DNA of 64,000 nucleotides from a virus: IMG/VR virus record IMGVR_UViG_3300035689_000004, positions 28,547 to 92,546 of that record; one strand, 5' to 3'. Shown piece by piece: positions 55,573 to 64,000 of this stretch (position 1 is its first letter; each line of letters starts with the position of its first letter). The notes under the pieces were generated by a model. It saw only the letters and a program-made list of their open reading frames with translations, ran no database searches and was not told where the DNA came from. The position numbers and the translations under genes were made by a program.

Positions 55573-56562
55573 ATGACGAACGCAGCCCTGACCCGTCGGG
55601 CGCTACTGAAATCGCTAGGCATTAGCGATGGCGGTGGTGCCGAGGTTACCCTCCAAACCACGATCGCTTCTGAAGTGATCCCCCTGATCCGGCAACAATG
55701 CTTCATGCGTCAGATCGCTGACCGCAGCAAGAGCCTGATCAACATGACCAAGCCCAAGATCCGCATCCCCAAGCTAGTACGCGCCCAGGGTGCCTACAGC
55801 GTCAAAGCGGGCCAACCGGCGCCTGAATTTAAGGCACGGCTTGACAGCATCGACCTAGTGCCCGAGAAGCTGATGACCTGGCTACCCGTGGACCAGGAAG
55901 TATTCGAGGACAGCACCATTCGAGATATTGAAGGGATGCTGAAAGAAGAAATGGCACGGGAATTTGCCCAGGCGGAAGAACTTGCCTTCCTGCTAGGGGA
56001 TACCACCGTGGACCATGGCCCCGGCGACCCCAAGAATGTCTTTAATGGGCTATTCGCCCAGGCCGCCGCGACGCCCTACACCTACGACGCCACCCTGGAC
56101 TCCAGCACCAATTCGGTGGACTCCAGCACCGCCACCAGCAACCTGGTACGCGCCATGCGCTACCTGGGTATCTACGGACGCAATAAGCGCGACGTAGTGG
56201 TGATGGTGGGCCTAGCCTGGGAGGAAGCCCTCCTGCGCAACCGTAGCTTCCAAACCATGAGCAGCTACGCCTATGGCTCCGGTGCCGGTATCTTTACTGG
56301 TGAGATCGGACGCTTGGCTGGTGCCCCGGTTATCGCCACCACCTTCCTGGATGCGCAACCCGGTGACACCTACGGAAAAGCCCTGGTAATGAACCAGTCA
56401 GCCTTTGCCATTGGTGACTGGCAGCGATTTAACATCAGGGTATACAACGAGATCCTGAGCCAGACAGACCAAACTGCAATCAGAGCAAGGGAACGTTTGG
56501 CCTTTACCGTTCGCTACCCCGAAGCTATCGTTGAAATCTTGAACGTTCCTGCTCAACCGTAG
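55573..56562 (+). CDS. Major capsid protein (HK97 fold)
   Basis: EVFEDS, AREFAQAEELAFLLGD, GRLAGAPV, PEAIV. Confidence 0.9.
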   Translation: MTNAALTRRALLKSLGISDGGGAEVTLQTTIASEVIPLIRQQCFMRQIADRSKSLINMTKPKIRIPKLVRAQGAYSVKAGQPAPEFKARLDSIDLVPEKLMTWLPVDQEVFEDSTIRDIEGMLKEEMAREFAQAEELAFLLGDTTVDHGPGDPKNVFNGLFAQAAATPYTYDATLDSSTNSVDSSTATSNLVRAMRYLGIYGRNKRDVVVMVGLAWEEALLRNRSFQTMSSYAYGSGAGIFTGEIGRLAGAPVIATTFLDAQPGDTYGKALVMNQSAFAIGDWQRFNIRVYNEILSQTDQTAIRARERLAFTVRYPEAIVEILNVPAQP

Positions 56563-56564
56563 TC

Positions 56565-57068
56565 ATGAAACAGTTAACCCTGCATAGCGATCGCTTCCCT
56601 GGGCTAGGCGCACCGGTTCCGCAGGTGCCGGGCGGCAAACCTGGGGAGAAGGGTTCATTCACCTTTGCGGTGGATGTGCCCTACGAGGTAAGCGATGACA
56701 CCGCCGCCGCGATCGCTGCCTTGCTTGAGTCCTTCGAGCCGCGCATCCAACGCCATTTCCGCCTATCGCTGGTGGACCTGAGTACGGATGCGGTAGCGAT
56801 CGCCGCCCCGGTTGAGCCGGAGGCAGCACCGGAACCGGTGGTAGAACCCTTTGTCCTTTCTGACGATGACCTGGAGTTAATCCAGGTGGAAGTGGAAAAG
56901 CTAAAGGGACTGACGATCGCCCAATCGACGCCGGTGGTAGAAAATACCGCCCTCAATGAAACCTTGCCGGTTGAGCTGCGCCGCGCCTACCTACAGGCGG
57001 TAATCGACGCGGATACATCCAAGGGCGTTGAGAAAAAGGCACAGGAACTCCTGAGCTTGCTTGGCTAA
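56565..57068 (+). CDS. Hypothetical head-region protein
   Basis: Position after the capsid gene. Confidence 0.55.
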   Translation: MKQLTLHSDRFPGLGAPVPQVPGGKPGEKGSFTFAVDVPYEVSDDTAAAIAALLESFEPRIQRHFRLSLVDLSTDAVAIAAPVEPEAAPEPVVEPFVLSDDDLELIQVEVEKLKGLTIAQSTPVVENTALNETLPVELRRAYLQAVIDADTSKGVEKKAQELLSLLG

Positions 57069-58405
57069 TGCCTGTCACCTATGGCACCTCGTTCGAGTAT
57101 CCCTGGCTGGATAACTGGCCCATCGACATTCAGTTGTGGGCCAACTCCAACCGGGGACCGGGCGATGAACTCGACCTAACCCCGGCTGCCATCACTGTTC
57201 TGGGGGTAAGTGTCCCCAGGGCATTGACGGTACGCTGGCGGGATAGCAACAATGCGATCGCGGTCAGCAGTACGACGGTAATTAGCATCCGCCATGCCAA
57301 GCGGGGCGTGGTGCGGGTGGTGCCAAACCAAAGCATCTGGGACAAGATCAAACTCGACCAGGGCTATACGCTGGAGGTAGTCGCCTATGGCACCCTTCAG
57401 CATAGTGAGCCCTTTACCACCGCTACGCCGCCCGCGGCAACTAGCTACTGTGTCAGTGGTGCCCTAGTCTATGCCGCCCCTAGGGAGGTGCTAGAGGTAC
57501 TAGGAAGCGTCCCTGGCGCATCGGTTCAAATTGCGGTCCCCCTGGTGGGGTTGGACTGGGAACAAAATGCCCTGGGCTACTGGGAGGCGGAACTAGCCGA
57601 CGACCAAGTGCTGTACGGGCTATGGGTGGACGATCAACACGCCGCCCAGGTGGACTACAAAGACTTGGCTACCCGCTATGAACGAAGCTGGGCCAGGGTA
57701 GGCAATACCCTTTACTACAACGGACCGGAGAACCTAACGACAACCTATGTGGAAACCGCCTATAGCCGCTATGTGTTGCGATGCCTGGAGGAAGCGACCG
57801 CCGAAGGAGAGCGCCGCACCGGCAGACGCTTTGCCAAGTGGCGATACATCCGTCAGGCGTACAATGGCCTTAATCGCCAACGACAGGTCCACCTACGCGA
57901 ACGTCCTTTTGTTGCTGATGAATTCTTTAGGATAGACGCGCTCAGCTATAGCCGCACCCTATTCAGGCGCTATACCGAGAAAGACTTTGACCCGCTCAAT
58001 ATTCGCAGCAGCGGTGCCCAATTACTCCACGGCGACGCCGAAACCGGGGTGATTACCATCAACCAAAATATCTGGGACTGGTGGGACTGGGGTTATGCCG
58101 TTGGCGCTGATATTGGCATCGGTACCTTTGCCACCCTACCGCCCGGGATGAACAACGTAGAGCTTACCTACACCGCCGGGTTTGACAAGATCCCCACCGA
58201 CATTGCTGAGGCGATCGCCAACATGGCCGCCGTCCGGCAAGCAATTTTCTGGCAACAAGCGCTCACCCAGGGGATGCAGGCGCTTTCGATTGGTTGTGTG
58301 AATTTGAACTTTGGACAACTGTTCACCCAGTTTTCACCAAGCTGGCAACTGTCAGCCAACTTGATACTGGATAGCTACGCCCGACTTGACCTAGACATTT
58401 TGTAA
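57068..58405 (+). CDS. Head-tail adaptor with N-terminal extension
   Basis: NVELTYTAGFDKIPTDIAEA C-terminal motif. Confidence 0.7.
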   Translation: MPVTYGTSFEYPWLDNWPIDIQLWANSNRGPGDELDLTPAAITVLGVSVPRALTVRWRDSNNAIAVSSTTVISIRHAKRGVVRVVPNQSIWDKIKLDQGYTLEVVAYGTLQHSEPFTTATPPAATSYCVSGALVYAAPREVLEVLGSVPGASVQIAVPLVGLDWEQNALGYWEAELADDQVLYGLWVDDQHAAQVDYKDLATRYERSWARVGNTLYYNGPENLTTTYVETAYSRYVLRCLEEATAEGERRTGRRFAKWRYIRQAYNGLNRQRQVHLRERPFVADEFFRIDALSYSRTLFRRYTEKDFDPLNIRSSGAQLLHGDAETGVITINQNIWDWWDWGYAVGADIGIGTFATLPPGMNNVELTYTAGFDKIPTDIAEAIANMAAVRQAIFWQQALTQGMQALSIGCVNLNFGQLFTQFSPSWQLSANLILDSYARLDLDIL

Positions 58406-58415
58406 GGAAACGACC

Positions 58416-59237
58416 ATGCCTCTCAATCCCCAAACTTCTCCCTTCCCCCCGATCTCTCAGCCCGAGCAAGGCTGGGAGCATAGCCTACGCAAAAGCCTGG
58501 AATACCTACAACCCGGCGAAGGTATCCGCGCCGGGCTAGAGCTAGGCTTACCGCTCACCAGTGGCGGTGCGGTAACGACCGGGCTCACCCCAACCCTTAC
58601 CTCTGGCGTGATCGTCGAAGGCGATAAGGTGATCGGTCCCTACGGACCTAAGGTGACCGCAGCGGCGGCCAAAAACCTCAGCAACAAAAATATCTACTTC
58701 GGGCTCCAAGGGCTCACCTATGGCGATACCAACAACGCCGCGCCGCTGGTCAGCGATGTGCTAATCGGTAGTATCTCTACCGACAACGAAGCCACCGCCT
58801 CGATCCTGCACATCGGCCAGCAGTACAACTATGGCGCTTGCCGCTTTGGCGTGCGGGGTGTCGTTAACCTAGCCAGATGCACCAAGGGTTCAGACGTTAC
58901 CTTTTTCACCTGGAGCGTCCCTGCTATCGGGCTTAAGAATGTACGGCTGACCTATGCCCATGCACGGGTGGCGATCGCGGCTACCGCTGGCAATACTACA
59001 GGCGACGACTTTCTGTTGAAGGTGAAGCAAGGCACCGCTAGCGCTGAAACTTTGGTGACCATTGCTGCCGCTTCCCTGGTAACCGCTGGCACCGTCGTTC
59101 GAGATGTGGCTGCTAGTGCTGACGCCCTGTCCTGGTACGATGTACCCTCTTTGACCTTCCAGTACAACCAGACCGACACCTCCACCGCGATCGCTGGTGG
59201 GGCCATTGAGGTGATGGCTATCCTGGAAATGTTCTAG
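58416..59237 (+). CDS. Structural protein (decoration/neck)
   Basis: Beta-rich Ala/Thr/Gly composition, position. Confidence 0.55.
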   Translation: MPLNPQTSPFPPISQPEQGWEHSLRKSLEYLQPGEGIRAGLELGLPLTSGGAVTTGLTPTLTSGVIVEGDKVIGPYGPKVTAAAAKNLSNKNIYFGLQGLTYGDTNNAAPLVSDVLIGSISTDNEATASILHIGQQYNYGACRFGVRGVVNLARCTKGSDVTFFTWSVPAIGLKNVRLTYAHARVAIAATAGNTTGDDFLLKVKQGTASAETLVTIAAASLVTAGTVVRDVAASADALSWYDVPSLTFQYNQTDTSTAIAGGAIEVMAILEMF

Positions 59238-59239
59238 CC

Positions 59240-59749
59240 ATGCAGCCCAGCCTCGGTTTTACAGAGACGCCGCAAGGCATCTTCATCCGCCAAGCGATCG
59301 CCGCGATCGCGTCCAATCCGATGGTTGGCACCACTGTCTACCATTGGAAGGCGGTGGAGGCTAAGCAGGCGACCTATAACGAGGCTGGGCAGCCTGACTA
59401 TTTAGCGCCCCAGAGTGGGTTGTTTGACTCCGGCATCGACTACCGGCCCAACCCAAACAACCCACTGAAGGGCATTTTTTGTAGGCCCAAACAAACGCCA
59501 TTCCAGGACAAGGGCGGCATCTACTACCAGGGCGAGGCAAGCCTTTACCTGGTGCAAGATCCGGGTGAGGTATTTGTGGTGGTCAACGATCGCCCAAAGC
59601 GTCAGGACCGATTTCAGATAGCAGGCGGCATCTACTACGCCACCGCGCCGGTGATGCCGTGCCAGATGGGTGATACCGTTGCCGCCTTTCAAGTTTTTCT
59701 ATCCCGCGAACGTTTTGGAGTAAAGGAAGATGGGTTATCGCGTTATTGA
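59240..59749 (+). CDS. Head closure / stopper-like protein
   Basis: PKRQDRFQIAGGIY pattern, position. Confidence 0.5.
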   Translation: MQPSLGFTETPQGIFIRQAIAAIASNPMVGTTVYHWKAVEAKQATYNEAGQPDYLAPQSGLFDSGIDYRPNPNNPLKGIFCRPKQTPFQDKGGIYYQGEASLYLVQDPGEVFVVVNDRPKRQDRFQIAGGIYYATAPVMPCQMGDTVAAFQVFLSRERFGVKEDGLSRY

Positions 59750-59936
59750 CACCACTGGTGAAATTGAGTCCGGTTCTATCTACTTGCCGGTGGCTAAGCT
59801 AGTGGCGATCGGGGAACCGGTGGTGGGTGTACAGGTGGTGGCCCTCCAGGAGGAGCTAAACGCCCTCTATGGCGATCGCTTCACGGTAGAAGAAATCACC
59901 GCTCCCAAGCCTGCCAAGGAAGCACCGGCTAAATAA
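59730..59936 (+). CDS. Small hypothetical protein
   Basis: AAGGA RBS, TAATG coupling. Confidence 0.55.
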   Translation: MGYRVIDTTGEIESGSIYLPVAKLVAIGEPVVGVQVVALQEELNALYGDRFTVEEITAPKPAKEAPAK

Positions 59937-60529
59937 TGGCCTACCGCTATGCCATCAACCTGAAATCTGGCCAGTTTGGGCTGAGCCAGGTGAAAGAACT
60001 CATCCCTGAGATCGCCAAGGTAGCGATCCAGGATGCCTCCGACCTGGTAGCCACCTACGGCAAGGAACACCTAAGCGGTGTGCCCTTCAATAGCCGTACT
60101 GGTGGCCATGTCATCCAAAAGCGCACCGGGCGCGGTGCCGCTAGCGTCCAGGCGGAGTACCCCTACGGTTCTCCTTTTCGCTCTCGCATCTATGCCTCTG
60201 CAATGACCCGCTATGCGGACAACCCGGAGGAATGGAATTACCTCGCCATCCTGGAGACAGGCCGGGGTGAGGTGCGCCCTAAGTACACCCCTAGCGCTAA
60301 GGCTGGCTATGCGTCCAAAGCACGACTTACGATCCCAGGCGGTAATCATCAGCTTGTCAATGGCGAGAACGGCTTTAGGGGCATTAGTGGCCGTTATTTC
60401 TTTGCCAAGACGTTACCGCCAATGGCTGGCAAATACTGGTTCGAGTCAGCCGTCAACCGGGCGGACCCGGAAATCCAGCAGGCGATCGCGGCGGCGGTTC
60501 AAGACGTTCTAAAGGAGCATGGCTTCTGA
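59936..60529 (+). CDS. Neck / tail completion protein (HK97 gp10-like)
   Basis: KRTGR...S, YLAILETG, PPMAGKYWF. Confidence 0.6.
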   Translation: MAYRYAINLKSGQFGLSQVKELIPEIAKVAIQDASDLVATYGKEHLSGVPFNSRTGGHVIQKRTGRGAASVQAEYPYGSPFRSRIYASAMTRYADNPEEWNYLAILETGRGEVRPKYTPSAKAGYASKARLTIPGGNHQLVNGENGFRGISGRYFFAKTLPPMAGKYWFESAVNRADPEIQQAIAAAVQDVLKEHGF

Positions 60530-60580
60530 TGTTGTGGTTTATTGCGATCGCCGCACTTCTAGCTATCCTCGTCTTCGAGA

Positions 60581-61336
60581 TTGCCATCAGTGGATAGCAA
60601 CCTAGCTGGGGGTGAAAGCGCCCTTTTTGGTGAACGGTTTCCCTACCCCTGTGATGGAAAGACCGTTTTACTGGACATTGCCCGACAATTTGCCAAGGAC
60701 GTTAATGAGGCTGCCGTCAGGCGTCTCAAGGCAGACCATGGGGATAGTCGCGCTAACCAATGGTTGCCATTGGATGTGACTAGCGCCTATCCGACCGCCC
60801 GTCAGCACTGCCCGCGCATCGCTATCCTCCGGCTCGGCTCGACCAACAAACCCACCGGGGTGGACTTGGACTGGCACGAGGAGTCTGTACAACTGCCCGG
60901 GCGTGGGCTGACGGTTCGTAAATTTTCAGGGCTACTGGTTAACGACCAACTAGAGGCGGCCATCTGTTGTACTAACGAACGTCTACGCGATGACCTGCAC
61001 ATCTGGTTCCAGCAATATTGCCTAGACGCCACCCTATGGGCACTTCCACAACTAAGGACACTGGGCTTTTACCAACTGAACTGTACTAATGCCGCCGATG
61101 ACCAGGTGGAATACCAAGGCACCCAGAGCCAGCCAGGGTTTGAATTTTACGTGTCCCGCCTGACCTTTGCTGCCACCTACGACCTATCGGTAGTGACCGA
61201 CGTAGACCGATTGCAATACGCTTTCGCCTGGGAAAATTTTGGCCCCGGCGGCATTTGGGCTGGTGCAGCAGGCGAAGGGTTGAACCAACTTAACGACATC
61301 ATTTCCCCGGATAGACTCTATGCCGATAACGCTTGA
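60581..61336 (+). CDS. Tail terminator-like protein
   Basis: Position before the sheath; YP....PRIAI pattern. Confidence 0.5.
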   Translation: MPSVDSNLAGGESALFGERFPYPCDGKTVLLDIARQFAKDVNEAAVRRLKADHGDSRANQWLPLDVTSAYPTARQHCPRIAILRLGSTNKPTGVDLDWHEESVQLPGRGLTVRKFSGLLVNDQLEAAICCTNERLRDDLHIWFQQYCLDATLWALPQLRTLGFYQLNCTNAADDQVEYQGTQSQPGFEFYVSRLTFAATYDLSVVTDVDRLQYAFAWENFGPGGIWAGAAGEGLNQLNDIISPDRLYADNA

Positions 61337-61472
61337 ATTATTCGCTAATCAATACCTGTCAGACCATCAACGCGCCGCCGCCCTGGCAACGCTGGCAGGC
61401 CACACCGAGCCGCGATCGCTAGACGAATGGCGACGACTATGGCAACGGGCATTACTCACTCCAGTTCAATAG
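61320..61472 (+). CDS. 50-aa hypothetical protein (not in track)
   Basis: MPITLELFANQYL...RSLDEWRRLW; fills the gap before the sheath. Confidence 0.5.
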   Translation: MPITLELFANQYLSDHQRAAALATLAGHTEPRSLDEWRRLWQRALLTPVQ

Positions 61473-61481
61473 GAAACTCCC

Positions 61482-63896
61482 ATGGCTTCTAGTGTTGTTT
61501 TCGGTCGGCCCGTTAGCCGTATTCTGCAACCCGGTGCCTACACCCAGGTGGATGCCTCCGCCCTGGAGTTGGCCCAGGAATTTGCCCCCAATGTTGTTTG
61601 TGTGCTAGGTGCAGCCCTAGGTGGCACGCCCCTGACCACCTACGCATTCAAAAATGCTAACCAAGCCCAGCAGGTATTTGGTGCTGGTTCACCCTTGGCT
61701 GATGCCATCACCCTTACCTTTCGCGGTGGCGTCAAGGGCGGTGCGCCCCTAGTGCTAGGGGTACGGGCGGACAATTCCGCCAAAGCCTCCGGCACCCTCA
61801 CCAACAATGGCACCACCCTAGTGGGTGAATTTAAGGACTTTGGCGGCTACGGCAATACCTTCAGTGTTCAGTTTTTACCCGGCTCCATCCAGGGTACCCA
61901 GGCGGTGATTGCTGGCACCCAACTCAATGGGACAGCCTATAAGCAGACCATTGACAATGTGCCCTCTGTCTCCCGGTTGCTTGAGCGCTTAAATGCTGAG
62001 TCACCGGTATCGGTGCGGGCCACCGCTGGCGGCACCAAGGCAACCCAGACCCTAACGATCGCTACCTCCACCAGTGACGGCAAGGCAACACTGACCGGCG
62101 CTAGTGAGATTACCAATGCCGCATTCTTCTACCAATACCCGGCTAGCTTGCGGGTGAATACCACCGACTCGCTCGCCTTCTCCTGGGATGGGACTAACCT
62201 AACCCCAACGCCTGCCACCGTGACGGTATCAGCGGCCCTGCCCGCCACTGTCAACGGCACCTACAACGTTGTCCGCAAGGAAAACGTTTACACCCAAGCG
62301 GTTACTAACATGGTGGTCACCACCACCGCCTATGGTGCTAATATCTACCGCTTTGCCCTGCCTAGTGGCCAAACCTGGCAGCATGCCACCAACAAAGGTA
62401 TTATTGGCTCTACCTTTACCATCGCCTCCGGTGACTACGCCGGCACCTATCAGATTGTTCATTACGAATGGGATGGCACCGGCTTAGACCGGGTGCGCAC
62501 GGTGCAAAAGCTAGACGCTGGCACCATTGCCGCTGGCACCGCCGCTAGTGCGTCCCTAGTGTTCCGGCAAACCCTGGTGGTAGATCCGCCCTCCCAGCCT
62601 GCCACTGAAGCGATTGAAACCCAGCTACCCGCCAATGGCATCCTGCAACGGGGTGGCCAATACCTGAGCCTGTCGCTTACCCCCAGCGATCGCGCCGAAG
62701 GCCCCCTAACGGTGTTCTACTCCACCCTGCCTGGCGATACCATCCAGGCGGTAGGTATCGAACTGGCCCGACTAATTAACGAGTCCAATGACTGGAGCGC
62801 CTACGCTGTTGCCAGCGCCGCCTACAATGCTGGCACCTACACCAGTACCATCACCCTGACCGCCGTGCCCCCGGGCATCAGCGCCAATGGCTGGAAGACC
62901 AATATATTGGTTAACACCCAGACGACGGTGCTAGTGGCCGCCGGTGGCGTGTCCCTAGCCGGTGGCATCGACCCATTGCCACCCTCCGGCTCCATTTTGC
63001 TGACCGGTGGCTTCGACTCTGTACCCACCCTGCAACGATGGCTGGAAGCCCTCGATAAGGTGAAATATACGCCCCTGCGCTACCTGGTGCCCGCTGGCGT
63101 CACCGATGCAGGCGTCCAAGCGGCCTTTGCCGACCATTGCCGGTTGATGTCTACCACCGCCCAGCGGCGGGAACGCATCTGCATCCTAGGCCATGCCCTA
63201 GGCTGGACCCAATCACAAATCCGGGCCAGGGCGGAAACCTTTAACAGCGAGCGGGTAGTATTTGTCTCCCCCGGACTGCGCATGGCGGACCTGGTGACCG
63301 GTAGCCAACGTACCTATTCTTCTGCCTATGCCACTACCGCGATCGTGGCGGGGATGCTAGCGGCTGAAGGCAATGGCGTTTCTGACCCGATTACCCATAC
63401 CTTCCTAACCAATATCACCGCTGCTGAATTTGAGTACCAACCCGGTAGCACTGAACTGGATGATGCGATCGTCTCCGGCATTCTAACCATCGAGCGTGAC
63501 CCTACCCTGGTGCGGGAGTCCCGGGGCTTTCGGGTGACCCGGGCCATTACCACCGCCCGTTCCTCTGTCGTATTTGAGCAAATCTCAATTATCAACCAGA
63601 GCGACTACGTGGCCCAGACGGTACGCGACCTGGAGGAAACCCTATTCATCGGCAAGGCGTTAGATGGCACCACCCTGGGGCTCATCCGCGAGGCGGTGAA
63701 CCTTACCCTAGACCGGCTTAGCAGTCAGGCCATCATCTACGGTTACGACCCTAGCTTTACGGCGGCGACGCTCAACCAAACCAACCGCAGCGCGATCGAC
63801 GTGACCTACAAGATCTACCCGGCCCCCGCGATCGACTTTATCCTGAACTCGCAAATCCTGGCGCCGGTGCCAGATACCGCCACCGTGGCCGCGTAA
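61482..63896 (+). CDS. Contractile tail sheath protein
   Basis: QPGAYTQVD, LTGGFD, FNSERV, DPIT, RAITT, YPAPAIDFI. Confidence 0.9.
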   Translation: MASSVVFGRPVSRILQPGAYTQVDASALELAQEFAPNVVCVLGAALGGTPLTTYAFKNANQAQQVFGAGSPLADAITLTFRGGVKGGAPLVLGVRADNSAKASGTLTNNGTTLVGEFKDFGGYGNTFSVQFLPGSIQGTQAVIAGTQLNGTAYKQTIDNVPSVSRLLERLNAESPVSVRATAGGTKATQTLTIATSTSDGKATLTGASEITNAAFFYQYPASLRVNTTDSLAFSWDGTNLTPTPATVTVSAALPATVNGTYNVVRKENVYTQAVTNMVVTTTAYGANIYRFALPSGQTWQHATNKGIIGSTFTIASGDYAGTYQIVHYEWDGTGLDRVRTVQKLDAGTIAAGTAASASLVFRQTLVVDPPSQPATEAIETQLPANGILQRGGQYLSLSLTPSDRAEGPLTVFYSTLPGDTIQAVGIELARLINESNDWSAYAVASAAYNAGTYTSTITLTAVPPGISANGWKTNILVNTQTTVLVAAGGVSLAGGIDPLPPSGSILLTGGFDSVPTLQRWLEALDKVKYTPLRYLVPAGVTDAGVQAAFADHCRLMSTTAQRRERICILGHALGWTQSQIRARAETFNSERVVFVSPGLRMADLVTGSQRTYSSAYATTAIVAGMLAAEGNGVSDPITHTFLTNITAAEFEYQPGSTELDDAIVSGILTIERDPTLVRESRGFRVTRAITTARSSVVFEQISIINQSDYVAQTVRDLEETLFIGKALDGTTLGLIREAVNLTLDRLSSQAIIYGYDPSFTAATLNQTNRSAIDVTYKIYPAPAIDFILNSQILAPVPDTATVAA

Positions 63897-63932
63897 GCCT
63901 AACCAACCTTATTCACCCCAGGAGGTGTTATT

Positions 63933-64000
63933 TTGGCCTTCCGTACCCAATACAGCAGGGTTGAAAATTCTGTCCTTGCTAGGGCTGAATACAGCCTTGA
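63933..64000 (+). CDS. Start of probable tail tube gene (truncated)
   Basis: AGGAGGT RBS, TTG start, open to the window end; identity inferred from position. Confidence 0.45.
   Translation, partial: MAFRTQYSRVENSVLARAEYSL

Larger units (their letters stand above)
1..64000. mobile_element. Large temperate cyanophage/prophage region (myovirus-like), no ends visible in the window
   Basis: Terminase, portal, HK97-type protease and capsid, tail sheath and serine integrase are all present; no host operon seen; HIP1 is abundant. Confidence 0.93.

Noticed and set aside
5006-63595. Many alternative-frame and antisense ORFs in the track (e.g. 5006..5569, 17562..18266, 27050..27628, 47625..48080)
   Set aside because: They overlap well-supported genes, lack RBS or motifs, and are expected shadows in GC-rich DNA
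1-64000. CRISPR array, tRNA or rRNA genes
   Set aside because: No regularly spaced repeat-spacer array or cloverleaf seen by eye; HIP1 copies are dispersed, not an array. A tRNAscan run would be needed to fully exclude tRNAs.

Overview
The whole 64 kb reads as part of one large temperate, contractile-tailed (myovirus-like) phage or prophage of a cyanobacterium. No host housekeeping block or att boundary is visible. The host call rests on very frequent HIP1 octamers (GCGATCGC) and on cyanobacterial-type NblA, DnaN, group 1/2 sigma-70, DUF2811-like and DUF6464-like genes. Recognisable modules: regulation and replication (1-5 kb); large serine recombinase; terminase (minus strand); small independently promoted accessory genes; portal; tail fibre and accessory structural genes; two giant SF2-helicase polyvalent proteins (one DarB-like with an adenine MTase); a phage sigma factor; a head-morphogenesis protein; a host-takeover/replication operon (SSB-like, nblA, dnaN, dpdA-like); then protease, scaffold, capsid, neck and sheath. 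Two candidate undescribed systems stand out. (1) A head-cargo addressing and processing code: L-x-K-[A/S] sites, an excisable [YF]-x-[LF]-x-G-x-x-Y tag, a shared G-D-T...R-W module and QLGLF clamp-binding motifs, spread over the protease, scaffold, capsid, portal and several otherwise unrelated proteins, in a phage that encodes its own sliding clamp. (2) A secreted peptide precursor carrying the PatS/PatX HetR-binding pentapeptide RGSGR. All family assignments come from motif recognition by eye, not database searches.
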